Shown piece after piece: positions 28,108 to 42,661 of a stretch of DNA of 64,000 nucleotides (positions are counted from its first letter, which is position 1; each line of letters starts with the position of its first letter). Source of the DNA: Eledone cirrhosa (lineage: Eukaryota); NCBI GenBank assembly GCA_964016885.1, contig OZ024766.1:15500001-15564000 (forward strand), read 5' to 3'. The notes under the pieces are model-generated. The model was not told the origin of the DNA, did no database searches, and worked only from the letters and a program-made list of their open reading frames with translations. The position numbers were made by a program, and so were the translations under genes.

Positions 28108-30791
28108 GCAACTTTTACAAACAACTGCAATGACAGAGGACGGAGACATCGTTATGCTAGCAGGGGACTTAAATAGTCATGTTGGACAGCTCCAGGATGG
28201 TTACACTGGGGTACATGGTGCGCACGGTTATGGCTCAAGAAATGAAGAAGGAGTGAGACTTCTTGAATTTTGTGATGCAAGTGCACTGACTGTTTGCAAC
28301 ACAAACTTCCAGAAACCTGCCAACCACCTAATAACCTACAAATCAGGCGAGCACATAAGCCAGATTGACTTCTTACTGGTTAGGCAGCGGCACAGGCAGA
28401 TGGTGTCAAATACCAAGGCATACCCTGAGGAAGAATGTACCCCAGAGCATAGGTTAGTCGTTAGTGATATCTCAGTAAGCAAGAGATGGAATGAGACATA
28501 CAGGAAGGTGTGTAAAAGAAAGGTCTGGAAGCTAAAAGACCTTTCACTATAAAACAAATTTAGGAAAGCCCTTCAAGATGTGTGTGACGAAAAAGAAGAC
28601 AATTTAGAGACGTATGACATAGATAATAACTGGAAGTTCTTACATGACAACTTGCTGCAGGCTACTGATGAAACTTGTGGCGGGAGCAGAGCTCCAACCA
28701 GACAGAGAGTGACCTGGTGGTGGAACAGCACAGTAGTTAAAGCCATCAGAGACAAAAGACTAGCATGGAAGGCTTGGAAAAAGGGTGGGAGTAGGGAAGA
28801 ATACACAGCCGCTAAGAGAGAAGCTAGACGTCAGGTGTACTTAGCACGCAGGGAGGCTGAGAGTAGGAGGTTTGCCAATGTTCTGTGACAGGAAGATCAG
28901 AGGCGTGCGGTGTTCCACATTGCAAGGCAGTGTGTCAATGCAAATCAGGATGTTGCTGGAGTTAAATGTGTCTGGAATGATGACGGTGTACTTAGTGTTA
29001 CGACTTATCAAAAATAGGAGGCCTGGAAATGTCATTATGAGAGGCTGATGAATGTGGAGAATGAATGGGAGAGAGAGAAATTACCCTCAATAGGTCCAAC
29101 AGAGGGACCAGCTATTGAGATTGACGAATATAGGGTACAAGAGGCGACTAAGGAAATGAAAAATGGTAAGGCTTCTGGAGCGTCGGGCATAGTTGCTGAG
29201 ATGCTGAAGGCATCAGGGGATGTAGGCACTAAACTGGTTGCACGCATCATCAATCAGGCTATATATGGTGGTGTCATACCCAAAGACTGGTGCAGCAGTA
29301 TTCTCATAAATTGCTACAAAGGTAAAGAGGATGCTCTGGAGATGAGCAATTATAGGGGTATAAAACTGATGGATCAGGTTATGAAAGTGACAGAAAGGAT
29401 ATTAGTACAACTAATTAGAGAAAGGGTCAAACTAGATGAGATGCAGTTTGGTTTTGTGCCTGGGAAGAGTACAACAGATGCGCTTTTCTTGGTGAGACAA
29501 TTACAAGAGAGGTTCTTAGAGAAGAATAAGCCACTATACTTAGCCTTTGTTGCTTTAAAGAAGGCCATTGATAGGGTACCCCAATCTGTCATCTGGTGTT
29601 CCCTAAGGAAGCTAGGTGTTGAGGAATGGCTTGTGAGTACAGTGCAAACTTTGTACAGAGGTGCTGTCAGTAAAGTCATGGTAGGAATGGAGTTTAGTGA
29701 GGAATTCCAGATACAAGTTGGTGTACATCAAGGTTTGGTCCACAGCCCGCTCTTGTTCATTATAGTCCTCCAAGCCATAACAGAGGAGTTTAAGACTGGC
29801 TGTCCATGCGAACTTCTGTATGCTGATGATCTGGTTCTTATAGCAGAATCAGTAGAGGAGCTAGAGAATAAATTCTGGCTATGGAAACAGCAGTTGGAAT
29901 TAAGAGGACTGAGAGTGAACCTAGCTAAGACAAAAGTGTTGATGAGTAGAAAAGAGGACAAAACTCCGATTCCATCAGGGAAATGGCCATGTTCGATATG
30001 CAGAAAAGGAACTGGCATAAATTCTATAAAATGCACACAATGCAGATCCTGGGTACACAAGAGATGTAGCAAGCAAACTAACAGGTAGGGAGAAATATGT
30101 ATGCAGTAGATGTACAGGGAAATTAGACAGTAGAAGTCGCAGTGATAGACACATTTTTCAAATGCAGGAGGGCGCTATAGAAGTGGTGAATAGCTTCCGG
30201 TACCTAGATTAGATTAGCATGGGAGGGGGTGTTCCGAGGCCATAGTATCTAGAATAAGGTCGGGTTGGAAGAAGTTTAGGGAGCTGCTTCCTCTGCTGAC
30301 GAAGAAGGGTTTCTCCCTGCGTACGAAAGGCCGGTTATATGATGCCTGTGTGAGGAGCGCGATGCTGCATGGTAGTGAGACATGAGCAGCAACTGCAGAG
30401 GATATGCGACAGCTGGAGAGAAATGAGGCAAGCATGCTCCGTTGGATGTGCGTGAACGACCCAGCATGAATGTGTTGAGAGAGAAACTGTGTCTGAGAGG
30501 GATAGAATGTAGTGTACGGGAGAGGAGACTGAGGTGGTATGGACATGTGATGCGTATGGAGGATGACAGATGGGTGAAGAAGTGCCAGGAAATGCCAGTT
30601 GAAGGAAGACGTAGTAGAGATAGACCACAAAAAACATGGGCGGAGGTGGTGATAACAGACCTCAGATCGCTGAAGCTCACGGTGGAGATGACGAAGGACC
30701 GTGACAAGTGGAGAGATGCTGTGCTGAATAAGACCCGTCCCACCCTTGCAAGCAGGGAAGAGCAGACATAAAATGATGATGATGATGATGA
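28108..30791 (+). mobile_element. 5'-truncated, degenerate RTE LINE
   Basis: GDLNSHVG, NYRGIKL, QFGF, LLYADDL and WYGHVMRM motifs with stops; (GAT)n tail. Confidence 0.92.
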
Positions 30792-30800
30792 TATACACGT

Positions 30801-31150
30801 GGAGGCACATGGCTTCGTGGTTAGAGCATTGGCCTTGCAATCGAAACGTTGTGAGTTCAATTCTCAGACCAGGTGATGTGTTGTTTCCTTGAGCAAGACA
30901 CTTTATTTCACATTGCTCCAGTTTACTCAGCTGTAGAAATGAGATGATAGGGACTGGGGTCCATATCACTCCACTGCAAAGTGGTCGTGGAGGTGCCACG
31001 GAAAAAAAGCACCCAGCACTCACTGTAAATGAGGTTGGTGTTAGGAAGGGCATCCAGCTGTAGAAATCAAGCCAGAATCAGTTGCCGTCCCACCCTTGCA
31101 AGCAGGGAAAAGTGGACGTAAAATGATGATGATGATGATGATGATGATGA
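30801..31150 (+). mobile_element. SINE family A, full length
   Basis: GGAGGCACATGGCTTCGTGGTTAG head, B box, tail shared with the adjacent RTE. Confidence 0.88.
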
Positions 31151-31914
31151 AATACATATATATATACACATATACACAAATACATATATATATATGTACA
31201 TATATACATATATATATATATACACACATTATATATATATATATATATACATATTTATATGTATCATCATCATCATTAAACGTCTGCCACGTTAACATGG
31301 GTTAGACGGGAATTGTCCCACTTCATTGATCGGGTGACCGTGTCTCACTCGTATCTGGCAGGTTTTCTACAGTTGGATGCCCTTCCTAACACCAACCACA
31401 TTTTTATCTCTATATATACATGTGAAGGCTGAAAACTCTGCTAAGAGTTTTGCAATCACTTGTCAGATTATAGAATTTGGTCCACTTTTAGGCTACGGCC
31501 AACCATACAAACTTATAACATATCCTGAACAAGCAATGCCTGTGCTTTGAAGGTTTTTTAAGTGGGGAAAAGCCTTGCACTCAATCAATCCCACTCTCTG
31601 AACATCAAAAACGCTACCAAAAAAGGAGAACTGATCAACATCATCGGATGTTTCCTAAGCCGCAGGTTTTCTTTCAGAGATTCCTTCTCCTAGAAGGTTG
31701 TGACAACAACTGGAGGCCTTTCACTCCCAGGTGTAAAAGAAGAAAAATAATTCATATACATAAATATATCGTTCTCATTTAACAGCCATTTTCCAAGGTA
31801 GCATGGGTTTGACGGGTTGTCCCATTTGAAGCAATTTCAGTCAGGTGACCATGTTTTGCTCATACAGAACTGTTTCTGTCTTTGTTTACACGGAGGGATG
31901 CCCTTCCTAATGTC

Positions 31915-32135
31915 AACCATATTTACAGTGTATGCTGGGCACTTTTTGTTCTGACACCTACATGACCACTTTACAGTGTGGACTGGGCACTTTTTGTTCT
32001 GACACCTACACAACCACTTTACAATGTAGACTGGGTGCTTTTTGTTCTGACACCTACACAACCACTTTACAATGTAGACTGGGTGCTTTTTGTCTGACAC
32101 CTACACAACCACTTTACAATGTAGACTGGGTGCGT
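31915..32135. repeat. Tandem repeat of 47-48 bp within an RTE/SINE-type tail (minus strand)
   Basis: Unit TTACAATGTAGACTGGGTGCTTTTTGTTCTGACACCTACACAACCACT, about 4.5 copies. Confidence 0.85.
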
Positions 32136-32446
32136 TTTGCTTTATTAAATACATCGACCGAGAAAGAAACGTGAGGTGTGTGGAAAATCGGTAAAACTTC
32201 ACCAGAGATAAAAATCCAGAATTAGTCATTTAGTTTACATAATGTGACCCCAACCCATCTTATTTATTTTATAACATATGGCATTTCTAGTAATGTACTT
32301 TTAATGCCATGTAAAATGTTTTTTAATGTCTAAAGAAAATTGTCGCAGGAATGCGACCACTTTGAATAATATTTCACCAGAGATAAGAAAAATTTAATAA
32401 ACAGAGGGTAGGGTGAATCAAGAGTGGGGTGGAAAATAAATAAGTG

Positions 32447-32598
32447 AGGGTGGGGGAAGATTATTTGAGATGAAAGCGAGGGTGGGGGAAGATTATTTGA
32501 GATGAAAGCAAGGGTGGGGGAAGATTATTTGAGATGAAAGCAAGGGTGGGGTACAATTATTTGAGAACAAAGTGAGGATGGGGGACCACTATTTGAGT
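32447..32598. repeat. G-rich 32-bp tandem repeat
   Basis: Unit AGGGTGGGGGAAGATTATTTGAGATGAAAGCA, about 4.5 copies. Confidence 0.85.
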
Positions 32599-32614
32599 TA
32601 CATACACATATTCT

Positions 32615-33095
32615 AGTATGTAGAAAGGAAAATGGCCATGTTCAGTGTGTAGCAAAGGAGTAGGTAGAAATTTCATTTTATGTCCCAAATGCAAACTATG
32701 GGTACATAAAAGATGTAGTGGGATTAGAGGTAAGCTATCTAAGAACGTAGATTTTGTATGTGGCGATGCTCAGGTGCAATAAGTAGCAAGTGGACACAGG
32801 ACACCAGCTCCTTCTATTGCCTAGATGGTTCTATAATGTTACTCAATATTCAATGTAGCAACAAGTGAATATTGTTACTGTAAAATAAACATTGTCAACA
32901 TAACAATTCTGGCATTATTCTTTTGATCATTCATCCACAAAAGAATACATTTATCCACTACATATGCAACAAACAAAAGGGGTCCAAGAACAGATCCCTG
33001 TGGTACACCAGATGACATCTCATACAGTGAAGAATGCTGTCCTAGAACCGTGACTACCTCTCTTCAACTGAGAGTGAAGGATTTCAACCAGTTAA
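32615..33095. mobile_element. RTE fragment (+) abutting a CR1 fragment (-)
   Basis: 32615-32830 matches the RTE Cys-rich region; 32950-33095 is the reverse of 22530-22670 (GVPQGSVLGP). Confidence 0.7.
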
Positions 33096-33097
33096 AA

Positions 33098-34237
33098 ACT
33101 ATACACTATATACAGTATATATACACTATATATATATTATATATACACTATGTACAGTATATATACAGTATATATATATTATATATACACTATGTACAAT
33201 ATATATACACTATATATTTATTATATATACACTATGTACAGTATATATACAGTATATATATATTATATATACACTATATACAGTATATATACACTATATA
33301 TATATTATATATACACTATGTACAGTATATATATATTATATATACACTATATACAGTATATATACACTATATATATATTATATATACACTGTGTACAGTA
33401 TATATGCACTATATATATATTATATATACACTGTGTACAGTATATATACACTATATATATATTATATATACATATATACAGTATATATACACTATATATA
33501 TATTATATATAAACTATGTACAGTATATATACAGTATATATATATTATATATACACTATGTACAGTATATATACACTATATATATATTATATATACACTA
33601 TGTACAGTATATATACACTATATATATATTATATATACACTATGTACAGTATATATATACACTATATATATATTATATATACACTATGTACAGTATATAT
33701 ACACTATATATATATTATATATACACTATGTACAGTATATATACACTATATATATATTATATACACACTGTGTACAGTATATATGCACTATATATATATT
33801 ATATATACACTGTGTACAGTATATATACACTATATATATATTATATATACACTGTGTACAGTATATATACACTATATATATATTATATATACACTGTGTA
33901 CAGTATATATGCACTATATATATATTATATATACACTGTGTACAGTATATATACACTATATATATATTATATATACACTATGTACAGTATATATACACTA
34001 TATATATATTATATATACACTATGTACAGTATATATTATACACTATATATATATTATATATACACTATGTACATACACTATATATATATTATATATACAC
34101 TATGTACAGTATATATACACTATATATATATTATATATACACTATGTACAGTATATATTATACACTATATATATATTATATATTATATATACACTATATA
34201 TATATTATATATACACTATGTACAGTATATATACACT
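33098..34237. repeat. AT-rich minisatellite, about 42 bp unit
   Basis: TATATACACTATATATATATTATATATACACTATGTACAG repeated; source of spurious Y/I-rich ORFs. Confidence 0.92.
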
Positions 34238-34576
34238 GTCACCCGTCATTTCTGTTCTCCTGGTCATTCTTCCCTACAGCTGGATGCCCTTCCTAACACC
34301 AACCTCATTTACAGTGAGTGATGGGTGCTGTTTTCCGTGGCACCTACTTTATATATACTAGTTATATACACTATATATATATATATTATATATACATTAC
34401 ATATACACTATATATATTACATATACACTGTGTACAACATATATGACGATGGGAAAGGCAATGGCTGATACAACTTGGCACCAGTGACATCAACATATAT
34501 ACTATGTATATACACTATGTACAGTATATATACACTGTCACCCGTCATTTCTGTTCTCCTGGTCATTCTTCCCTAC

Positions 34577-35285
34577 ATGTTTCAGTCCTGGGTGTCCTTT
34601 TACATCATGGATCACAGGCTTCACGCACCAGGACTGGACAAAGTCTGATTCACCGCCTTGGGTCCTATTCCCCTCTTGGACTCAACTCACCTCCCCAATT
34701 TCTCTAATACTCCGTCCATTATCACACCCCTAGATTCCTATCACTTTCTCTTCATCATTAACGTCTTCTCTTCAAACTAATACAGGCCAACTATATATGC
34801 TCACTCAACTTTTCCCTTCACTGCTCTCTATACATACACACCCTTATATTAACATACTGTTGCACATAGCTTTGTACTTACATGCACACATACTCTTTTA
34901 CTCACATATACACACACATTTCTTCTTAGCTTCATCGGACATATAATAACACACACACACACACACTTACACATGTGCACAAGTGTAGATACGTGCTCCA
35001 TCATCCACTTTTCTAAAAAATAAATCATTCACAAAACGCCAGCACCAACAGTTTTGCAAGAGATGTCAACATGAATGGACCTGTTATTTTTATCTAAAGA
35101 CATGTCTTCCAATCCCATCCCGCCCGTCTCCTCAATCTATCTTATTTCTCATTCTTTCTTCTGATGAAGGACTAGCATCTGAAACGTTAAGACACTCTTC
35201 CTGCTATATCAAGAGTTAACCTAATATATCCCTTCCATATACTGTACCGATTGTGTTGTTATTTCTGTTTACCTTTTACATAAAT
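34577..35285 (+). mobile_element. Penelope-like element 3' end (GIY-YIG C-terminus plus UTR with hammerhead)
   Basis: SRTRTGQSLIHRLGSYSPLGLN resembles the PLE R..E..I.RLGTL.P.GLN terminus; hammerhead downstream. Confidence 0.7.
35157..35192 (+). ncRNA. Minimal type I hammerhead motif (weakened stem II)
   Basis: TCTT-CTGATGA-a-GGAC-TAGC-ATCT-GAAA-CG-TT-AAGA. Confidence 0.6.
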
Positions 35286-35950
35286 ATATTATATATACAC
35301 TGTGTACAGTATATATTATACACTATATATATATTATATATACACTATGTACAGTATATATACACAATATATATATATTATATATACACTGTGTACAGTA
35401 TATATTATACACTATATATGATGTTGTCCAAGAGAAAGATAATGGCTGATACAGCTTGGCACCAGTATCACAACATATATACACTATATATATATTATAT
35501 ATACACTGTGTACAGTATATATTATACACTATATATGATGTTGTCCAAGAGAAAGGCTATGGTTGATACAGCTTGGCACCAGTATCACAACATATATACT
35601 ATATATATATTATATATACACTGTGTACAGTATATATTATACACTATATATAATGTTATACAAGAGAAAGGCAATGGCTGATACAGCTTGGCACCAGTAT
35701 CACAACATATATATACTATATATATATTATATATACACTGTGTACAGTATATATTATACACTATATATGATGTTGTCCAAGAGAAAGGCTATGGTTGATA
35801 CAGCTTGGCACCAGTATCACAACTCATTTCTACAGCTGAGTAAACAATGTGAAATAAAGTGTCTTGCTCAAGGAAACAACACATCATACGGTGCGATAAT
35901 CGAACTCACAACCATACGATTGCAAGCCAAATGCTCTAACCACTAAGCCA
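35285..35950. repeat. Composite tandem repeat plus SINE A 5' half (minus strand)
   Basis: Paralog of 13130-13695. Confidence 0.75.
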
Positions 35951-36884
35951 TGTTACGTTCCAGAACCGACGGTGATATAGAGAGACCATAAAGACAACCG
36001 TTGTTTTCATAGTTTAAGCCTTAAAATACCTCTCATACATGCTTTAAGTACATATAAACTCATTAAAACACACTTTTGTATTTAAACACCAAAAACAGCC
36101 AGAAACGGTCGTATAGAAACTACCACCAACTATCATACCACTAGTTACCAATGAGGACCATTGCCAGCCACGGTAGCCACTTGGTAATACACTGAACATC
36201 TCCCGTCAATCTATGAAGGGTTTGTAGTAGATTGGAGAAAAACACAATCAGTAAAACAGTAATGGAATGAAAAATATAAATATTTGTTCATAATTAAAGC
36301 CTTAAGATGTCCCTTCCTTACGATATACACTTTAATAACATTGAAACTTATTTAATAAGTTTAAATTTTAAACACTTTTTATTCAGACGTACCGCGATAA
36401 GAAACGAGATATGTTCTAACGAATAATCCGCGATGTGGCGAGGATTACCGCGATAGGAAATTAGATACGTTCCAAAGAAATATCCGCGATGTAACGGAAC
36501 CGCGATATAGCGGGGGATTACTGTATACACACAACATACATCTATCTATATACACTCATAACATATATTTCGGCAGTGTCATGGTATTAGCTGTCAGAAG
36601 TGAAAGTAGATTCCCTTTATTTATGTTTAGGATTTTCTAAGAGATACGTTTACGATGAGATACACTTATTAAAAAATATATGGGGACCAAATAACCCCGT
36701 AATTTTCGAGAGAAACGATAATATACAATCTTATCTGTTAGAACACGAAAAGTGTGAAACAACAGAATGTTCACTTTTGGTGTTCTAACATATATGCGTA
36801 ACTTCTTCATAAATTTTCCGGGGATAGCCGTGGTGGTGGTGATCGTATGTCATTGGCTAATTTTCAACCAATCAGAGTAAGTGT

Positions 36885-36915
<31 letters not shown>

Positions 36916-37379
36916 CTATTCCCCCTCTCTCTATTTATATCTTACGCTTTCGCTTTACACTCCTCCCCTTCAATAACACATTTCCCCCTCTCTATATATC
37001 TCTTATACTGTTACACTTATATTTCCATTTATTTATTACCCCCTCTCTCTATATCTCTTCCACTGTTACTTACGCCTGTTTCTCTCTATCTGTTCCGTCT
37101 CTATATATATATCTCTTACTCTTTCGCTTTGCACTCCTCCCCTTCAATACCATCTCTCCCCCTCTCTATATATTTGTTACTCTATCGCTGCACGCTCCTC
37201 TCCTTCAATATATCAATTACACTCCTTTATCCCCAGCGCCCCTATATATACCCCCCCCCCCGCTTCTATATTTTAATGTTCCGTTGCACCGTGAATATAT
37301 GTGTCTATATATATATACATATATATTGTATATACACTGGTTTTATGTGTGTATTGTAAATTTGTACTGTTAAAACACG

Positions 37380-37684
37380 AAACAACACAGCTCCCATGAC
37401 TTTAGGAAATATTTCTTCATGCTCAGAGTTGCTGAAGGATGGAACAAACTTCCTGCATCAGTTGTTAGCTGATGACACACTGCATCCTTTAAAACCATCA
37501 TACATTCCGAAATACACCAAAACTACACCTGATGTCCCCCTTCCATACACATATGTGTATATCATGACTCATGCACTGTTCTTTTTTCCTGACGTTTTTA
37601 TATTACCCTATGTATTATATATGCACTTTTGATGAGTTGTAGTGCACCTCAGCATTGTACACAATATTTTCATTATTATTATTA
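37380..37684 (+). mobile_element. CR1-group LINE 3' end
   Basis: Matches 23362-23735 including the (ATT)n tail. Confidence 0.85.
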
Positions 37685-38875
37685 CACTCATTGATCCATT
37701 TTGCACTAACTCTGCATCAAGCACCCTCACCTAAATATTAACCAATCAAGGATCCAATACAGCTATCTGTTGGATGAGTATTGTATAGTGCCAAAAACGA
37801 AACCAATCAGTTTAGCAGAAAGTTTCCAGACAAGAAACACGCATATTTTGCTATCCTCAAACACGTTTACACATGGCATGAAATATAACTAATCCGAGAT
37901 GGCTAGGTTTCATCTTCTAACTGGATATACGAAATCCATTATGTCTTGACAACAACATGAGGTAACATTATGTTATTCACAGACACACTTTGTACACTGT
38001 TCCATATCAGAATGTATTTCCTTCGTCACATTCACAAACAGTATTGAAAATATGTTCTTCGGCAAATAAAAATGTTTTGTTCATAATATTTCAACTAGCG
38101 ATTGCTCTACTCCACGCACGACCACCATAAATTAATGACCAGCTCAACACAAGTATTGATAGAGCGTCAGACACCATGCTTTGCAGTATTGTTATGGTCC
38201 TTTGCATTCTAAGTTCAAATCCTGCCGAGGTTAACTTCGACTTTCATACTTACTAATTCGATAAAATAAAGTACCAGTAATGGACTGCCGTAATGGATTT
38301 GTGCCGAAAAATAGAAACACTATTAATGTGCAATAAGAGCAAAATATAACGACATTGCTCAATTATTTTATCTAATGTTGTAATAACACAAGGAAATGTT
38401 GTTTGTGTATTTTTTTTTATATTTGCTCATAGGCTTTTACAATTTCGCTCAGCCAACAACTATTAAAAAGTGAGTTGCTTAAGATAACAATTTAATCACA
38501 AATTGTTGCTATCTTTTAATACACTCCAACAAGTCATCAAACTATGTACAATAAAAACAAATCTTATTAATTTGCTCAGGGAATATAAAGAAAATGTATA
38601 TACACTGATAATTGCAATTGTATGTAAATATTTTGTTTTTGTATTGTTTATTTTATGTTTTCTATTATGTATAATATATTGATTTAATATTGATTGTTTT
38701 TTGTAGTTGTTTATATTAAAAGTCTGAAAATATTTTTATACATCTTACACTAATATTTATAAGATAATTTATAATAACAATTACATAATCTAATTACATT
38801 ACAACGATAATTTATTATTAATATATATCCTGTTTAACTAGAGTTATTACAAGCGTTGCCTTAAAAAAATATTAA

Positions 38876-39832
38876 ACTAGACATGAAAAATGCGCAAGCT
38901 CAAAAGTGCCACAGAATGTTATAATAAACCTTCAAAAGTGTGGGACTAGAGTTGTTGCTAAAAAATATTGTAATCATTATATATCGTACATTCTGTGGCA
39001 TCCTTTATAAAAATAGCTTAAACCAACGAAGCCTTTATTTTTACGCTATTTCACTTAGTTAATTCTTAGAGTGTAACATATAAAAATAAATACATCTATG
39101 TTTAATGTAATAACAGCTATAAATAATTACGTAATATTATTATCATATACTCAAAGTAATAAAATAATTGTGTTGAAAATTAATATGATGCTTATATGAA
39201 CGATCAAATCTATAATGATAATTTCTTAAATATACTAATAGTAAAATAATTTAGTTATCTATTGTTACATTTTCATAGAATTATAATATTAACAATCGTA
39301 TTGCATTATCAAATTTTTATCACTACAAACTTTCATATTGGAATTACCTTAAGCCACTTATTATTACTTCGCTTTCATACTTTTACAGCTGTAGATATTG
39401 CGCTGTATCTTATATCTAATATCAATATCTCATGGTAATTTGCATGCAGTGTAAAATAGGTTTATTAATAACTTTAATATGAAATGTATTATACAGGGCT
39501 GCGGAGTCGGCCAAAAATTGACTGGCTCCAACTCAGGATCCGATACTCTATTATTTCCTAAATTTCAGCTCCGCAGCTCTGTTATTATATTAATTAATTT
39601 ATTTTATAGTTGTAAATCATATTTTTATATGTTACACTCTAAGAATTAACTAAGTGAAATAGCGTAAAAATAAAGGCTTCGTTGGTTTAAGCTATTTTTA
39701 TAAAGGATGCCACAGAATGTACGATATATAATGATTACAATATTTTTTAGCAACAACTCTAGTCCCACACTTTTGAAGGTTTATTATAACATTCTGTGGC
39801 ACTTTTGAGCTTGCGCATTTTTCATGTCTAGT
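38876..39832. mobile_element. Fold-back/MITE-like element with 213-bp TIRs
   Basis: 38876-39088 is the reverse complement of 39620-39832; no mismatch seen by eye. Confidence 0.9.
39494..39581. mobile_element. Small hAT-like MITE nested in the fold-back spacer
   Basis: TIR CAGGGCTGCGGAG/CTCCGCAGCTCTG; 8-bp flanks GTATTATA and TTATTATA. Confidence 0.65.
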
Positions 39833-39834
39833 AC

Positions 39835-39853
39835 ATATATGTATAGATAAATA

Positions 39854-39895
<42 letters not shown>

Positions 39896-40131
39896 CATGT
39901 ATAGATAAATACATATATATGTATATATATATACATACATGTATAGATAATACATATATATATATATATATGCATACATGCATAGATAAATACATATATA
40001 TATATATATTTTATATATGTATATACATGCATAGATAAATACATACATATATATATATATATATATTTTATATATTCATACATGCATAGATAAATATATA
40101 TATATATATATATATCCATGCATATAGATAA

Positions 40132-40163
<32 letters not shown>

Positions 40164-40370
40164 TTTATATATATATACATGCATAGATAAATACATACAT
40201 ATATATATATATATATATATTATATATTCATACATGCATAGATAAATACATACATATATATATATATATATTTTATATATATATACATGCATAGATAAAT
40301 ACATACATATATATATATATATATTATATATTCATACATGCATAGATAAATACATACATATATATATATA

Positions 40371-40410
<40 letters not shown>

Positions 40411-40730
40411 ATGCATAGGTAAATACATAGATAAATACATAGATAAATACATATATATATATATACATGCATAGATAAATACATACACATATATATGTGA
40501 GCATTTGAAGTTTTTCCAAATCAAACGGTGAGTATTTTAAACTTTATTTTATCAGGAGTTAAGGCTTTATTGATTCTTCCCTGGATTTCACTAAATTCTG
40601 TGGAGGAACCATTATTTTCAATTATTTTTCCCACATCTTACGTTAACTATTTTTCCCATCTTGACTCTATAGTCACTTATATATTATGGAATACTGTTGG
40701 CTTCTTGCTACAATGTTTTCTATACCTTTC

Positions 40731-40774
<44 letters not shown>

Positions 40775-40823
40775 TATACTTACGTATATATATATATATA
40801 TATATAATATATATATACTTACG

Positions 40824-40883
<60 letters not shown>

Positions 40884-40892
40884 TATACTTAC

Positions 40893-40944
<52 letters not shown>

Positions 40945-40960
40945 TATATATATAATATAT

Positions 40961-40992
<32 letters not shown>

Positions 40993-41021
40993 ATATATAT
41001 ATATAATATATATATACTTAC

Positions 41022-41073
<52 letters not shown>

Positions 41074-41092
41074 TATAATATATATATATAAT

Positions 41093-41139
<47 letters not shown>

Positions 41140-41150
41140 TATATACATAT

Positions 41151-41206
<56 letters not shown>

Positions 41207-41225
41207 TATATATATATATAGTTAC
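39835..41225. repeat. (TA)n-derived satellites with an embedded LINE-like fragment (40500-40730)
   Basis: ACATGCATAGATAAATAC-(TA)n units, then (TA)n; part of 40615-40735 recurs inverted at 46288-46403. Confidence 0.85.
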
Positions 41226-41941
41226 GTATATAATTAACGTGTAAGAACTTAAATGAAAATATAGGTGGCCCTTAAAAGGGCATGTGTTGAACTTAAATTT
41301 GTTTTCTAATTTGATAACCATGACTTGTTTCAACACCGGCCCTTTTAAGGGCCACCTATATTTTCATCTAAGTTCTTACACATTAATTACAATTGTAACA
41401 GCTAGTGTAGTTTTTAATGCACATGTTAAATAAGATTGTATATTATCGTTTCGCTCGAAAATTACGGGGTTATTTGGTCCCCATAAATAAAATCATAAAC
41501 GTAAATAAACGGAATAGTGATACGGAAATAAAGGATTGAGAAGGTTGACGACTGACGTCACCTTCTTTCTGACAGCTAATACCACGACAGTGCCCTTTAT
41601 TTCGATATCTTACATTAAAATGTTGACTGAGGGTGTGACAACTGTTTCTTGTTTGAGGTTGTTCCAGTGGTTGAAATATAGACGGAGGTATATTAAATAA
41701 TAAAGACAGTCATGATAACAATATATTTTATATCACATGTAACAGTGAAATCTGATGATTGAAAAATATCACATCAACATTTCAGTTTGGAAGTGTTTTT
41801 TCTATATATAAAAGTGGAGGAAGAAATATATTTTTCTAATGTTGTTATATATATTTTCACTTGTATATAATTACTGGGTTCACATAATTATATTATTTAC
41901 ACACATTAATATAGACATTAAGTAAATCTTTGTCAACTTAC

Positions 41942-42095
41942 CTCCTTCAGATATAATCAATGTATTGTGTTAATTAGAAGTTTCAAAGATGTTATCAGCT
42001 TTATTTCACGACATTAACGTTGGTGTATCTTCATCTTTAGTCATAAATTGATATCTTGTCAGAATGAAGTAGTGAGGCTGACTTTATGTCTTTAG
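41942..42095 (-). other. Putative non-coding 5' exon (module copy 3, upstream of ZNF 26006-27706)
   Basis: Paralog of 4007-4205 with an internal deletion; splice sites retained. Confidence 0.5.
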
Positions 42096-42609
42096 CTACA
42101 GATTTGATAGGAAATATATATATATTAGGTTGATATGTGGTTTAAAATATATATATTGTCTATAAATGACTGATAGCAGATGTTCTGGTGAAATAGTGGT
42201 TTTACTACTACAGATTGTAATGGAACTCTTAGTAGACACAATTGTAAAGTAAGAATAGATATGACAGTGTAAGACTGATGTCGGGGAATTAAAATTGTGT
42301 GTATATATATATATATAATTGTTACACAAGATATAATTAGATTAATTAATATTATAATGAAGACAGCAGGTACTCGGTGTCGTTGGAATGATTCAACTCT
42401 CGTTCCGGTGTCATACGTTAAAGGTCCCTGATATAATTTAATACCTTCAGACATAGTTACAATAGTATTTAATTGATTGTAAATCAGAAATTATCACTCA
42501 GTAAAATATCAATTATATATCAATAAGAGAACCTCTACGTAGTCTCTCCAACTGTTAGAAATAGCAGCGATATTATCCATTACAACTGCTCTCTCTCTAT
42601 ATATACGAG

Positions 42610-42661
<52 letters not shown>

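Noticed and set aside
30801-30870. tRNA gene
   Set aside because: tRNA-like SINE head continuing into the SINE body; no proper acceptor stem or terminator
33050-34361. Long Tyr/Ile-rich ORFs (also 39698-41336 and 48392-49985)
   Set aside because: Translations of (TA)n-derived satellites
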